A stretch of 57,900 nucleotides of DNA from the NCBI GenBank assembly GCA_051047955.1, contig JBPGPT010000006.1, positions 620,001 to 677,900 of the forward strand, read 5' to 3'. This DNA is from Cystobasidiomycetes sp. EMM_F5. Taxonomy: Eukaryota. This document shows, one piece after another, positions 11,313 through 22,795 of this stretch (its first letter is position 1; every line of letters starts with the position of its first letter). Under the pieces are notes generated by a model, which worked only from the letters and a program-made list of their open reading frames with translations, was not told where the DNA came from and searched no databases. The position numbers were made by a program, and so were the translations under genes.

Positions 11313-13622
11313 CTACGCTGACCTCTCGTCAGCGATACTACGCAAAGCCTCCACAACTACGGGAACATTGGTCATTAGCGAGTGGTCCGCACCCTGGACT
11401 ATTCGGATTTGGCAGTTGCGAATGATGCCTTGTAACGACATCACACTTTGCAGGCTAATTTTGTCGTCATTGCTGCCGTGCCAGACGCGAACGCCGTGTT
11501 GCACTTCAGCATATGAGAAATTTGTTGGCTTCGAAGTGCGCTCCAAGATCGCCAAAAGATCCGAGGTTCCACCTTTCAGTGACTCGGCATGAGACGCTCG
11601 CAGCAAACAAGCACCGAGATCCAGTCTGCTGCTGCTGCTAGACATACTTTCATGATCGCCTTTATGAGATGTTGCGACAGATATGCTTGACTCATGTGTT
11701 GCGCTGTATGTGTTTGGGAGAACACCTCCTCTGCTCTCTGTTTGATTCAGCCAGTGGGTACTTTGCGACCTCGGCGAGCGTAACATTCCGAATTTTAACG
11801 CTTGTGATATCCGCCTCGTACGACTTGGTATTGCAGGAGCAGATGCGGAAGGCCGTAGACCACCTGATGATGAGAATACGATCGGCTCTGTCGGGTCACG
11901 ACCTGAATCGCTGGCCTCGGCAGGCAGCAGAAAGGAAGATGACAGAACAGGACTACTGGCTGCACTTTCACTGCTGATTGGAGCTTTTGGATTGTGCCCG
12001 ACACCGTGCACTTGCAAGCTTGGTGGCTTTCCTAATTTCCAAGATTGCACTTTCCATTCCGCTGTTTGTGCCGACCGTATGATGCTGGAAGGCACGTATT
12101 TCAACCATTTGTACGCCCCGGACGGATTGTTGGTGGAAAAACCGACCCAAGGTGCAAGAAGATGTAGACTTCCCACAACCTGCGTAGATCGAATGCTCGT
12201 AGCTATCGCGTACGGTGCACCAGCTGAATGCGCAAGAATCGAGAAATGAGTGATATGCAGCTGTTCCATAACTTCATCCACGACAGTCGCCCATTCGAGA
12301 AAACCCCTACGAGAATCGGGAATGTCACTTGTTTTTCCCAACCCCCAGCGGTCAATGCAGATCAGGCGCAGCCCCATGCTGGTAGCTACTTCGTCGTAGA
12401 GGCCGACAAGGTAACGTACGCTGCCAAGACCAAGAAATACTACCACCACCTTGCCGTTTTGATCTCCGACATCGGCGTAGGAGACTCGTAAATACTTGTT
12501 GGGTTCTTTCCGCAAAGTAAGGATACGCGTCAAGCGAGGCGACCGTAAATATTGTACCACTTCGGCCTTAGTACCACGCAGGTCCATCGCTTGAACATCT
12601 GAGGCTGGACCGCTTATAGATTGTGCCGCAGAGTCCGAAGGTGCTGCGCTAGCGGTACGTGCATGCAATTTCCGATCGAATGGCTGTTGTGCCGTTGAAG
12701 ATGCCGGCGAGTCTTGGGGTTTAGTAGTCTGCAGAGCTTCCTGAACAACGGAGTCAATGGACGAGCGGACCTGACTACCATCACTGTCATTTGATGCTGT
12801 TCTCACGCTTGCACTGGTCTTTGGCGGCGGCATTGAAGATGCCCGGACGCCTATGACATTTGTAGAGTTCCGTTGAATAATCTCATCAATGCTCAGGATG
12901 TCTTCTTTCGCCTGCTTCCATTGGCTAGGAACAGTGGGGACAGGCGGAGCACTAGCTCGACCCGAAGCGTACATAGAATCGCGGTGGTGTCTCCGAATAA
13001 TGTCATCTATGGTTGGTGTTGTTGTGGTCGGCAGCGTGTCAGCTTTTGAGACGAATCTTTTGATGTTGCTGTTGCTGTCAATCTCATCAACGTCTGATGT
13101 GCTTTCTGGTGTCCGGACGCCGCTTGAGCAATGATCCTCGCTAGGCCACATAATATTGGTTTTAGGGCTTGGTACAGCTGTACTGGCGTGAGCACTGTAG
13201 TACTGCCTATCGAAAAGTCGAGGACTCGGCTGAGATGCTTCTACCACGTCCTCAGACCGATTTGTCAAAGAATCAGCGTAGACAGTTGCGGTAGGTCCAG
13301 CGAATAAATCAATCGGCGGAGGCTGGGGTCGTGAGCGGTACGACGCGGGTACTGTATTTTCGTGAAGAGGCACTCCTAGATTGACCAAGCTACCTTTGCT
13401 GGCCTTAAGTTCTGTCGATACCGAAACATTTCCGACAGGCAGTGTTGTTGATGCCGATATACGAATTTTGAGAGCCGTAGACGGTCTTCTGCTATTCTCT
13501 TGGACAGCAACATGCTGATTGTCGATAGATGGGCTGCGACCTGTTGACGCTTGTGGCGAAACAGCTCGCGTATCAGACAGCTTGGTCTTGTACGTTTCGA
13601 AGTAGAGTGAACTCCGAGCCAT
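11313..13622 (-). CDS. Alpha/beta-hydrolase with a long disordered Ser/Pro-rich N-terminus (may have additional upstream exons)
   Basis: 769-aa ORF with VSYADVGD, LICIDRWGLG, nucleophile AHSAG, HGSNDDKI and GADHSLM. Confidence 0.82.
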   Translation of the reverse strand: MARSSLYFETYKTKLSDTRAVSPQASTGRSPSIDNQHVAVQENSRRPSTALKIRISASTTLPVGNVSVSTELKASKGSLVNLGVPLHENTVPASYRSRPQPPPIDLFAGPTATVYADSLTNRSEDVVEASQPSPRLFDRQYYSAHASTAVPSPKTNIMWPSEDHCSSGVRTPESTSDVDEIDSNSNIKRFVSKADTLPTTTTPTIDDIIRRHHRDSMYASGRASAPPVPTVPSQWKQAKEDILSIDEIIQRNSTNVIGVRASSMPPPKTSASVRTASNDSDGSQVRSSIDSVVQEALQTTKPQDSPASSTAQQPFDRKLHARTASAAPSDSAAQSISGPASDVQAMDLRGTKAEVVQYLRSPRLTRILTLRKEPNKYLRVSYADVGDQNGKVVVVFLGLGSVRYLVGLYDEVATSMGLRLICIDRWGLGKTSDIPDSRRGFLEWATVVDEVMEQLHITHFSILAHSAGAPYAIATSIRSTQVVGSLHLLAPWVGFSTNNPSGAYKWLKYVPSSIIRSAQTAEWKVQSWKLGKPPSLQVHGVGHNPKAPISSESAASSPVLSSSFLLPAEASDSGRDPTEPIVFSSSGGLRPSASAPAIPSRTRRISQALKFGMLRSPRSQSTHWLNQTESRGGVLPNTYSATHESSISVATSHKGDHESMSSSSSRLDLGACLLRASHAESLKGGTSDLLAILERTSKPTNFSYAEVQHGVRVWHGSNDDKISLQSVMSLQGIIRNCQIRIVQGADHSLMTNVPVVVEALRSIADERSA

Positions 13623-15581
13623 CTAGCGGTGTGGATGGTTACTCTTCCCAGGCTGTCTACGAGGAGCACGCCTTACGGATGATACGGAAATTTGCGCTAG
13701 CTGCCTCATAACCAAGTGCACGGGCTGTACGCCGTCGTGTCAACAAAGCCCGAACAGCGAACGTCGGTCGATGGAACAGTTCTCAGTTGGTTTCACAGGT
13801 TGGCGTCGACAGATTCGTTCATTATGCATCGGAATGAGGTGATTGTCCGTAAGAGACAAATCTTGCCGGACCCCCAAATCCCATGAGGCGTACATACGGT
13901 CAACAGACCAGCATATTCGTTCAAATACTACTCCTTCTACCTGAGCAATAGCGAGAACGACTAATGACATTTCTTACCTAAAGCAAGCCACTTGGTAGAT
14001 CCTGTTCAAATAATAAAGATACGATGCTGAAGCTCATCTCTTTTGGTGCACCGAAGACTGATTTTATCTGCACTTCCTCCATCACAATCAAGCCCGACGG
14101 AATTGATAAAAAACAGTTCTAGTTGCAATCATTTATGGCTGAAAAAGAAAAGAAGAAAAGAAGAACCGTCGCAGCTTATGCTAACCTCGCAGCGAGGAGT
14201 ATTCTGGTGTCCGCTGAGTAGCCTCTCTCAATTACTGTTCATTCGAGAAAGGGAATGGGAAATGCCCGTTAACAGAATAATCGATAACGACCCATCTCGA
14301 TTCACAATTGGCTTTCAGTCCACGAAGGCTCTGTCACCCTCGACTACGCAGTACAGCTTATCCCCTTGGTCAGTCGCGCTTTCGAAGCAGAGCAGTACTC
14401 TGACACACCAACCGCACTAACTGCGGGAAGCCTGCGCCAAAACACACGGGAACGAAGAACGTGGCGTCTACCCAGGTTGCAACTCAGCACGGTCTGTACT
14501 GGCGCAAAAGATGGCCTGGTCACTGATTGGCGATCCAGGGATGAATCGAGGCGGTCATTGCACTTTCCAGCAAAAAAGGGCCTTGTCACGGGTTTGAACC
14601 GAGGACCACACGCATCCGAAGCGTGTATGCTACCACTACCTGTAGACGCGCGAGAGGATTAGAAGAATTCCTGGCCACAACCAACAGTCGACGTACACCA
14701 ACAAAGCCATGTCATGCTGATCAAGAAAAGCAGTTTATGCCGTATACAACATTGCAACGGTCTCTGTGATCGTATCATCGCCTTCCGCGTGTCATTCTTG
14801 CTCGAGGCACAGTGAGTACATGGTACTTCCATAATCTGCTATTTGGGGATCATTGGAGTGGTCTCCCAGCTTTGCTCCTCTCGCTTTTGGTGGCGTTGGG
14901 GTTGCGGTACCCAGCTCCTAGGAGAAGCAGCGAGAGGAAATGCATTGGATTGGGCAGCGTTCATTCTTGATTTCGTACACTCTCTGATGGCAATAATGTC
15001 CGCTGCCGCCTAGCTGTTCTTGCTGGACGCGTTCGGCCACTGTAGAAAACATCGAATTCAGCTCGAGCGTACGGGCCCAGCTAGCAAGAGCATTCGTGAA
15101 GCAATCGGTCGAAAGGTAGAAGTGTAGATATAATACCACCCACATGGGTCTTGCACCTCATCGCAGCTGAACTAGCGCTCCTCGCGCGACAAGCAGACTC
15201 CCAAAAGGAGCTTGATGTTCGTGTCACTGCGTGATGTATCCTCTCAATGCGTGATGCCATCGAGAGTCGAGGGATTAAATAAAACCTGTAGGAGGTCAGG
15301 CGTCTCAACGTCGTTGCGTCAGATCAGTTGAATTGTCGCCCGGAAAGATATCTCAAGAAGCTGATTTCTACCGGAAGCGGGTAACGGAAGGGAAGCGTCC
15401 AAAGCATCAACGAGAAGGCCATTAATCGCTGCGTATAAGGCTTGTAAGCATTATTCGCTGCGGGCGCGAAGTAAGTACTCGGCATTCAGTCGGTGACGAG
15501 GTAAACAAACGCCACTCAGATAGATTGAGCTTCTATCTTGCTTGCTTGCCTTGCCTCAGTCACAATTGCTGTAACAGGATC

Positions 15582-16816
15582 ATGTCGCTACTCATCACAA
15601 GAGAGAGGGCAACGCTCTCATCTGCGCTGAAAGTCATGAAGCGCAGCGAGCTCCAGTCGCTCTGTGAAACTCACGACATTCCGAATCCAAACCGTACCAA
15701 GGCAGCCCTGGAGGCAGCCCTTCTGGAACATTGCTGTAACGAGTATGTTCGAGCGCAGTATGCGCATGCATTGGTGCTAATCAAGATTGCAGTCATACTG
15801 GCCGAGCCATAAATCTGTACAAATGCGACGCCAAAAACAACAACGCGCCACTGACTGCCAGTACAACAATCCGCCCAGCATTACTACGAACCTCACAGTC
15901 TGCCCGTCCTGCTTCTGTACAAGCTGCACAATCTACAGACTACAAACGGCTCGAACAAATGCAAGCGACTCTCGATCTCCTATTGTCTCGACCGACACTT
16001 ACGGAAGAGCACATCACCCAAATCGTTGAACGTCGGCTTGATCAATATCGCGAAGAGGTGCGAACGGCTCTCAATGAGCTGCATGAGATTTACCGGTCAA
16101 GCTTCGCCCAAATTCAGTCGTCACTCGAAACGGTAGATGGCTGGCGCGTAGAAACGACAGAAACTTTTAGGCGTATTGATGATTGGGCGAAGGAAGTGGA
16201 ACAACGCATCCTTGGGCAACCTCGAAGATCGCTGTCAGCCTTGCCGAAGCATCCTATCATGGATCAACCCAGGCAGCGACTGTCGTCAACACCAGCGGCC
16301 CGTCAGGTTGCGGTTGCAGCACCTTCCCTTCCACCCATCCCCAACGCAAGCAAGCGAGTGCGCTTGTCGGACGCATCAGATTTCTCACTCGCCACCATAC
16401 CTGAAGTCTTGGCTTCTCCAGACGCTCAGAGTGACTCTGCAGAGCAGCAACCCAGCAGTGCTGCAAAATCCGACAAAGTCTGCACATCGCCAGATCAGCC
16501 AAAAGGATCGCCCTCTTTGCCGGCATATGTTTCAGCAACTTCGCCAAGCCCAAGCGGTATGAAATCCGTTCGAGAGACAGTCGAAGCAGCAGTATCCACA
16601 GCCAGTCTACCTGCCAAATCCATCACAGCTTCGCAATCATATACTGAGGCTACGCCAGCTGCTGCAAAGACTTTGTTTGGCACTGAGCGCAGCGTGGATG
16701 AGCGATTTGGAGAAGGGTTAGACCTGGAAGACGTCAGTAGCCTCCTGTCCGTCGCGCCCCTTTCGACCTGGAATGAAAACTCTCCAGCTTGGTTTAAGCC
16801 ATCAATTCAGAGCTGA
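15582..16816 (+). CDS. Hypothetical protein: SAP/HeH-like N-terminus, coiled coil, disordered tail
   Basis: Exon 1 'LKVMKRSELQSLCETHDIPNPNRTKAALEAAL' has a SAP-like pattern. One intron (~15743-15792) joins it in frame to ORF 15959-16816. Confidence 0.65.
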
Positions 16817-16923
16817 GTGAGACGCTGGAGATTCGGTGCCTTGTGTCTGTAGCTAGTTGTATTTCCAGTATACCTTCATTTGCTGTTTCTACACGCTTCA
16901 ATGTACACACTCTATTCCAAATG

Positions 16924-17471
16924 TCACCGCAATAAGGATGCTCCACCGCTCTGTTTGGGATAGAGCCATCAACCAGATACAAAGTGAAAGTATGCGAGCA
17001 ACCTCACCATAACAGCCTCCATTTCAGCCTCTTCGAGAGGCGGTCTTTGTCTGTACCTTGCCGGAAGATCAAATATGTCCTCATAGTCGACTTTGGGTAA
17101 TTTGCTATCTGAAGCGGTAGTCTTTTGCGGAGCAGGAGATGAGGACGTCTTGCTCGCAGATGTGGATGATGTGGATGATGTTGAGGATTGGGAAGATGGT
17201 TTCTTGACTGGCCGCTTGCCGAACGAAGCAAAGTCCTTTACGATGTCGGCCGGAGCACATGGGTGCGGTTTTCCCGACTCCAGGCCTGGAGGCGAACAGG
17301 TCAGTATAGTCGCAATTCCCTTCCAGCATACTGTTTTCACTCGCCGTGCTCCCGGCTTTTCGCGTTGAAGTTGATCATTGGTTTCCGACCGCCGGTGCCA
17401 GCTTCAGACGATGCTGCACGTGCAAAGCGGGCTACCCGCCGTGATGCAGCTCTCAGATATCCTATCGTCAT
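16924..17471 (-). CDS. KGD4: Alpha-ketoglutarate dehydrogenase adaptor Kgd4/Ymr31 (MRPS36 family)
   Basis: Presequence, then RKPMINF, PHPCAP, a Ser-rich linker and DLPARYR..LEEAEMEAVM|SGGA after splicing. Confidence 0.8.
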
Positions 17472-17580
17472 TGTGCTTTGTACTGTCGCAAGTTGTCAAT
17501 CAATAATCCAAGTTCGGACAGCTGTCTGTCCGAGTGAGTGATCGCAACTCCTCGACTCTGTTCAGACAGAAGCTGCAAAC

Positions 17581-18605
17581 ATGTCCGTTGTCACGGCGAA
17601 CCATGGCCGCACCGTACAACGGAGCTTCGACCACATGCTCAAACGCCATCCCAGGCGCAATTATAAAGGGAAATTCGACTCCAAGTTTTTGGCAATCAAG
17701 GATCGCATACCGCTATGGAACTACTCCGCAGGCGACAGGGTCAGGGTCATTACTGGAGTCCACAAGGGCAAGTTTGGCACTATCGACTATGTGAACCGGC
17801 AAAGCAACCACGTTTGCCTGGTCGAACCCGAGTTTCAGGTTCATCTAGCCAGCTTTCGACTGAAAGGCGTCCGGAGCTAACGGTCTCTCACAGCGACGCA
17901 GGGACATCGGAGGGCTGGAAAAGGGTGCCATATTTAACAGTTCTTCCTACTCATTTGGCGCCACGAGTTTTGGGCCCACCAAGATCCACTATTCAAACCT
18001 CCAACTCGTCATGCAAAAGACTCCCGAGCAAGAAGCTGCCTTTGAACTTGCTCGTGAAAATCCAAGTGATCCACTGCCAGAGCTCGTCGCGACTAGGCTA
18101 CGCGCCGCCGGCGCAAGCTATGCTTGGCGACTTCACCGTTACGCCTGGCGAAGGAAAGCAGAGCATGCAGTCGCCATCGACCCGGCTACTGGATACTCAT
18201 ATTCTCAGACTGTCCAACCTGAACAGAGTTACATCAAACACCTCGATATGCCTAAAGCGACTCGTAAGGATCGACTGCTTTGTCGGCTTGTTGCTGTACC
18301 GCTGACGATGTATACAATACCTCTCAGCGAAGCGTCCAGCGCCTTCATTGACGACATCAGATGCGGCGCATGAAGCGACATTTGTACCGTTTGAGAACGC
18401 CGAAGAAGGCAAGATGCGCGACCTCGAATTTTTCAACAAGCACGGCCGTGCGCGACGCACGAGGAGGTGGAATCTTGCAAAAGCCGCAGCAGATGAGGCA
18501 GCGGAGAAGGAGAAAGTGGATGCTGCTAGAATAGCTCGAATGCGTCACAACCTGCGCACGCGACCCAAAGCCTTCTCGCGGTCAATGGAGCAACGGCGGC
18601 AGTAA
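17581..18605 (+). CDS. MRPL40: Mitochondrial ribosomal protein uL24m (KOW motif)
   Basis: KDRIPLWNYSAGDRVRVITGVHKGKFGTI (KOW), then KIHYSNLQLV and ..YAWRR. Two introns. Confidence 0.75.
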
Positions 18606-18761
18606 CAATGGCCGTCCAGCAGACTAGGCGTTACTTGATACCTCAGTGGCCAAATCTTTGTGTGTTTGTATTTGTCCCTCAGTTGGCATCACGCGCGCCA
18701 TGAGCAGAGTACTTGAACGAAGACTGAAGTAGTAGTACATAAGGACACTGTTGTAGCTGTT

Positions 18762-19884
18762 CTAATCCTTTTCTCCCAATCTCTGAAGGTAACCATCGAT
18801 CTCATCCGTACTGAGTTTCCTGTACGGAGCACCTTCTTCCGCACTACAGCACAGGCCAATTTCAATTTCAGTGGCCTTGTAGTCTGTCGCGCAGACTGTA
18901 CTGAGAGCCGTAATGGCGGCTTCCACCACTTCATCCTTTTTCAACTTGAGCGTCCCTTCGTCCTTCTTGAACAACCTCTCGAGATGGTTCATGCTCTCTT
19001 GCTGCTTTTGTCCTGTCGCTGTCGCTCGGAACCCGACATAGTACCCAGCTGGATCAAGCTTGAATATTTGCGGACCTCGCTCTTCGTCAATGCCAATAAT
19101 GATTAGTGCTACCGAAGCTGTCAGATACAGTACGAAATCATGTCTACGCATGCAACCTCACAGATACCCAGCGGTCGCATGCCGGCCCTTTGCGTGTAGA
19201 CTTGGTTGATATTGGCAATGCGTTTTGCGAGGAGATCGGGACTGATTTCGTATCCATACTTGTACTTGAAGTCTGCTGCTTCAGCTTGACAGCGTTGTAT
19301 TTGGGAGCGGCCGTCCGCTATAGGTGTGCTGTATACGTTAGATCCACGAACATCTTGCACATCTGCGGCAACTGACCTATCAGACCGGTGACAACGCAGC
19401 CGATATTTGGTGTGATACTGAAGAGATGTGTGACGGTGCTTGCATCAAGAAGCTTGTCCTGCAAAGCACAACACAGATGTGGTGCGTCAGTCTAGGAACA
19501 GTTGAAACACGGTGGTGGGTTGGAATTGCGCCCTCATCGTTCCGCCAGCGACATCTTCACGTTTGAGTCATCATACACGTACGGGTACCTTCTTTTGCGT
19601 AATCATGACTGCGGTGTCCTCGCCGCGTATCGCAATTGCAGTCTGTCCAGACCCGGAAATGGCCTTGAAGGCATATTCTGCATTGTAGGAGAGCTTAGCA
19701 TGCAAGCAGGAGACCCACAATACCTGTCGGCTACTCACCAACTTGAAAGAGGCGGCCTTCCTGATGACGGTACAATTTCCAGACGTGTTGCGTCGTAAGC
19801 GGACGGTAAGCCAACGTCTGAGCCGCCAGCACCACGTACCGGACTGAAGACCGTCAGAACACGGTCGTAGGAAGTCCTCGACAT
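18762..19884 (-). CDS. SCL1: 20S proteasome subunit alpha1 (PSMA6)
   Basis: [54 protein letters not shown] and [12 protein letters not shown]. Confidence 0.93.
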
Positions 19885-20025
19885 CGCTGAAACAGCAGCA
19901 GGTGGTGCCCTGAAAGGACGTCTGCGCGAGGGATTGCCAACAAGTCCAAAGCCGATCGAGCTTTCAGACGGCGCATCATACTTGTAGGATGCTTCGTTGC
20001 GCTCTGTACAAATACTTTACAAATC

Positions 20026-22480
20026 ATGGTATGTACTCTAAACGATCATTATGGCACAATCACTAATCTCTTACATATCCACAGCCAGCCCCAGATCTCT
20101 CGAAACCTCGGCCAAAAGCAAGGAGTAGCACGGCCAAGGCCAAAAAAGATGCGTCAGGTTTAGGGAGAGCCATCATCAACAGGCGGGCAAAGGAACAGAA
20201 GCGCATATATGAAGAGGCACTGCACAATACCGAGCTGCCCTCTGGTCTCAACTCCGTCACGCAAGAAAATGACCTCGACGAATTTCTAAACACTGCACAA
20301 CTGGCAGCTACCGATTTTTCAGCAGGTCCGGCTCGAAAGGCTATCGTGTGCAAGATGTTGATGCTAAATTGTCGCACACAGAACGGCAGAATATCAAAGT
20401 CATCCCCACGACAAGTGTCATCCAGCAGCATAATCCATATTTGCTCACGGATAAAGAGGAGCGTGAACTACAGCAACGTCATGCAACAAATAGGCAACGC
20501 TTACGAGTGCCGAGGAGGCCGGCGTGGAGCAGAGGCATGCCCAAGGAGGAACTAGAGCGCAACGAGAGAGATGAATTTCTCGAGTGGCGCAAAGGTTTAG
20601 CAGAGTGCGCCAAAACAGCTTCCACCTGTCTTTCTGCATAATACTGAGGCATCATCGTTATACAGCATGGAAGACCGCGAAAGTCTGTTGCTCACGCCCT
20701 TTGAGCGCAATTTGGCCGTTTGGCGGCAGCTGTGGCGAACACTCGAGCGTTCGCATCTCGTAGTACAAATTGTGGATGCAAGAAATCCCCTTGGGTTTCG
20801 CTGCGAGGACTTGGAGACGTATGTCAAGGAGATTGGTTCCGAGAATGCTGGAGAGTCATCCGTTGGAGCAGGCAAGAGACGGAGTTTGGTCTTGGTCAAC
20901 AAAGCAGACTTATTGACCGATAAACAAAGGTGCGTATCTAGATAAATGGTTCCGGAAAGTACGTCTGACTTGACTTGACAGACAATTATGGGCCGACTAC
21001 TTTGAAAAACTTGGAATCTCGTACGCCTTCTTTTCGGCATTGGCCGCCGTTGAATTACAGGAGGAAGAAGCTACGTACGGCGAACAGCTCGATGACATAG
21101 CCGAGAGCTCCGGGTCTGCCGAAAGTGAGGAAGAGTCTGCGGAATCCGACGTTGAGGAACCTGTGGCTAGCACAAGCACGAGTGCGCTAGCTGCGGGTCC
21201 AAGCACAGACGATCGCGAGGTCGAAGACAAATTGGCCAAAATAACGGAGCTTGCGCAAGCAATCAGTATCGCAAGCGTCCCCGTCGACGGGGACTCCCCT
21301 TTCGATCGCACTCAGGTCCTCACGGTCGAGCAGCTAGAAGAACTCTTCCTGCGGTTGTCTCCGGACCTACATGAATTCGCGCTACCTGATTTACCGCCGC
21401 CCAAGTTCTGTGTCGGGCTTGTAGGCTATCCAAATGTTGGTAAATCCAGTACCATCAATGCGCTCGTGGGACAAAAGAAGGTGTCCGTCTCAAGCACGCC
21501 AGGAAAGACCAAAAATTTCCAAACTATCCATCTTTCGCCCGATATCGTCCTGTGCGATTGTCCAGGTCTTGTCTTTCCACAATTCGCCGTCACAAAAGCC
21601 AGCATGGTCTGCGACGGTGTACTGCCTATCGATCAGATGCGAGAGCATACAGGCCCAGTAGATCTGGTCACCCATAGGATACCTAAGGCAGTCTTGGAAG
21701 GCATCTATGGATTGCGGATACCCATTCTGCCCATCAGCGAAGGAGGAAGTGGTACGCCCACAGCCCAAGAATTCCTTTCGACCTATGCAGGTGCGTGGTC
21801 ATGATCTGAACAACAGAGTGCGCGCGGCTGATTGTGCGCAATGTATAGTCGCGCGAGGTTTCTTTACCTCCGGTCAAGGCAATCCCGATGAATCTAGGGC
21901 ATCGCGCTACATTCTCAAGGACTATGTTAACGCCAAACTGTTATACTGCCATCCACCTCCGGGCGTTGATGCAGACTCGTTCAATGCCGAAACTCGCGAT
22001 CTCATCAGACTCGCGCTGGCTGAAAAGTTACGGACGAAGCGTGCACCATCGACGCGCGTTGGCAAGAAGTCTCAGACGTTCATTCGTCTGCCCGATGACA
22101 TCGACGACAGTGATGAAGAGGCAGATGGTACAGAAGCGGGTCTGCAGGACGATGCGGAATCGTTAGCGTCACATATGACTGGTAATACCACGGCAGGGCG
22201 ACCAAGACAATCCGCTCGAGCGAATGCGTTGGACAGCAACTTCTTTGCTGCTGGAATGAGCTTCACTTCTCGAGCGCATGTTCTAGGCGGAGGGCCGAAT
22301 GGAAGTACTCGCAGCATGATTGCTCCGCATCAGCGATCCCTTGACGACACCGGAAAGCGGATATCGAGCAGAAAGATGCGAGAGCTGGAAGCTATAGGTG
22401 CTATAGCTGCGGGGTCTACCAAGAAGCACTTCAAGTCTGATAAGCGCAAAAAGGCCCGTAGCGGAGCCGGGTATGATTGA
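20026..22480 (+). CDS. LSG1: Large-subunit GTPase Lsg1
   Basis: LRVPRRPAW, LTPFERNL.VWRQLWR, VQIVDARNP, LVNKADLL, GYPNVGKSSTIN and DCPGLVFP (circularly permuted GTPase). First exon is ATG only. Confidence 0.95.
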
Positions 22481-22795
22481 AGTAGGCCCTTAAATGTTGT
22501 GCTGAGCGGTGATTGATTGGGGCACTCTACTAACTCGATGGCCAGCTATTTGATTACATCGCACTTCTTTTTGCACAACTATGACCCGTTCTGCCTGTTC
22601 CTGACACGTGAATCCACTGCTCCGACGCCACACGGAGAAAGCTCACCGCGGCAAATTTTTTATGCAGCTGACTATGCGAGAAGGAAAGGCGACGCATAGC
22701 TATTTCGAGGATTACAAATTGCAGTGGGCATCTGATTTACAAGATTGAGGGCTGATTGGACCTGAAGCTGCAATCACATCTTTCTTCTGCCAACC

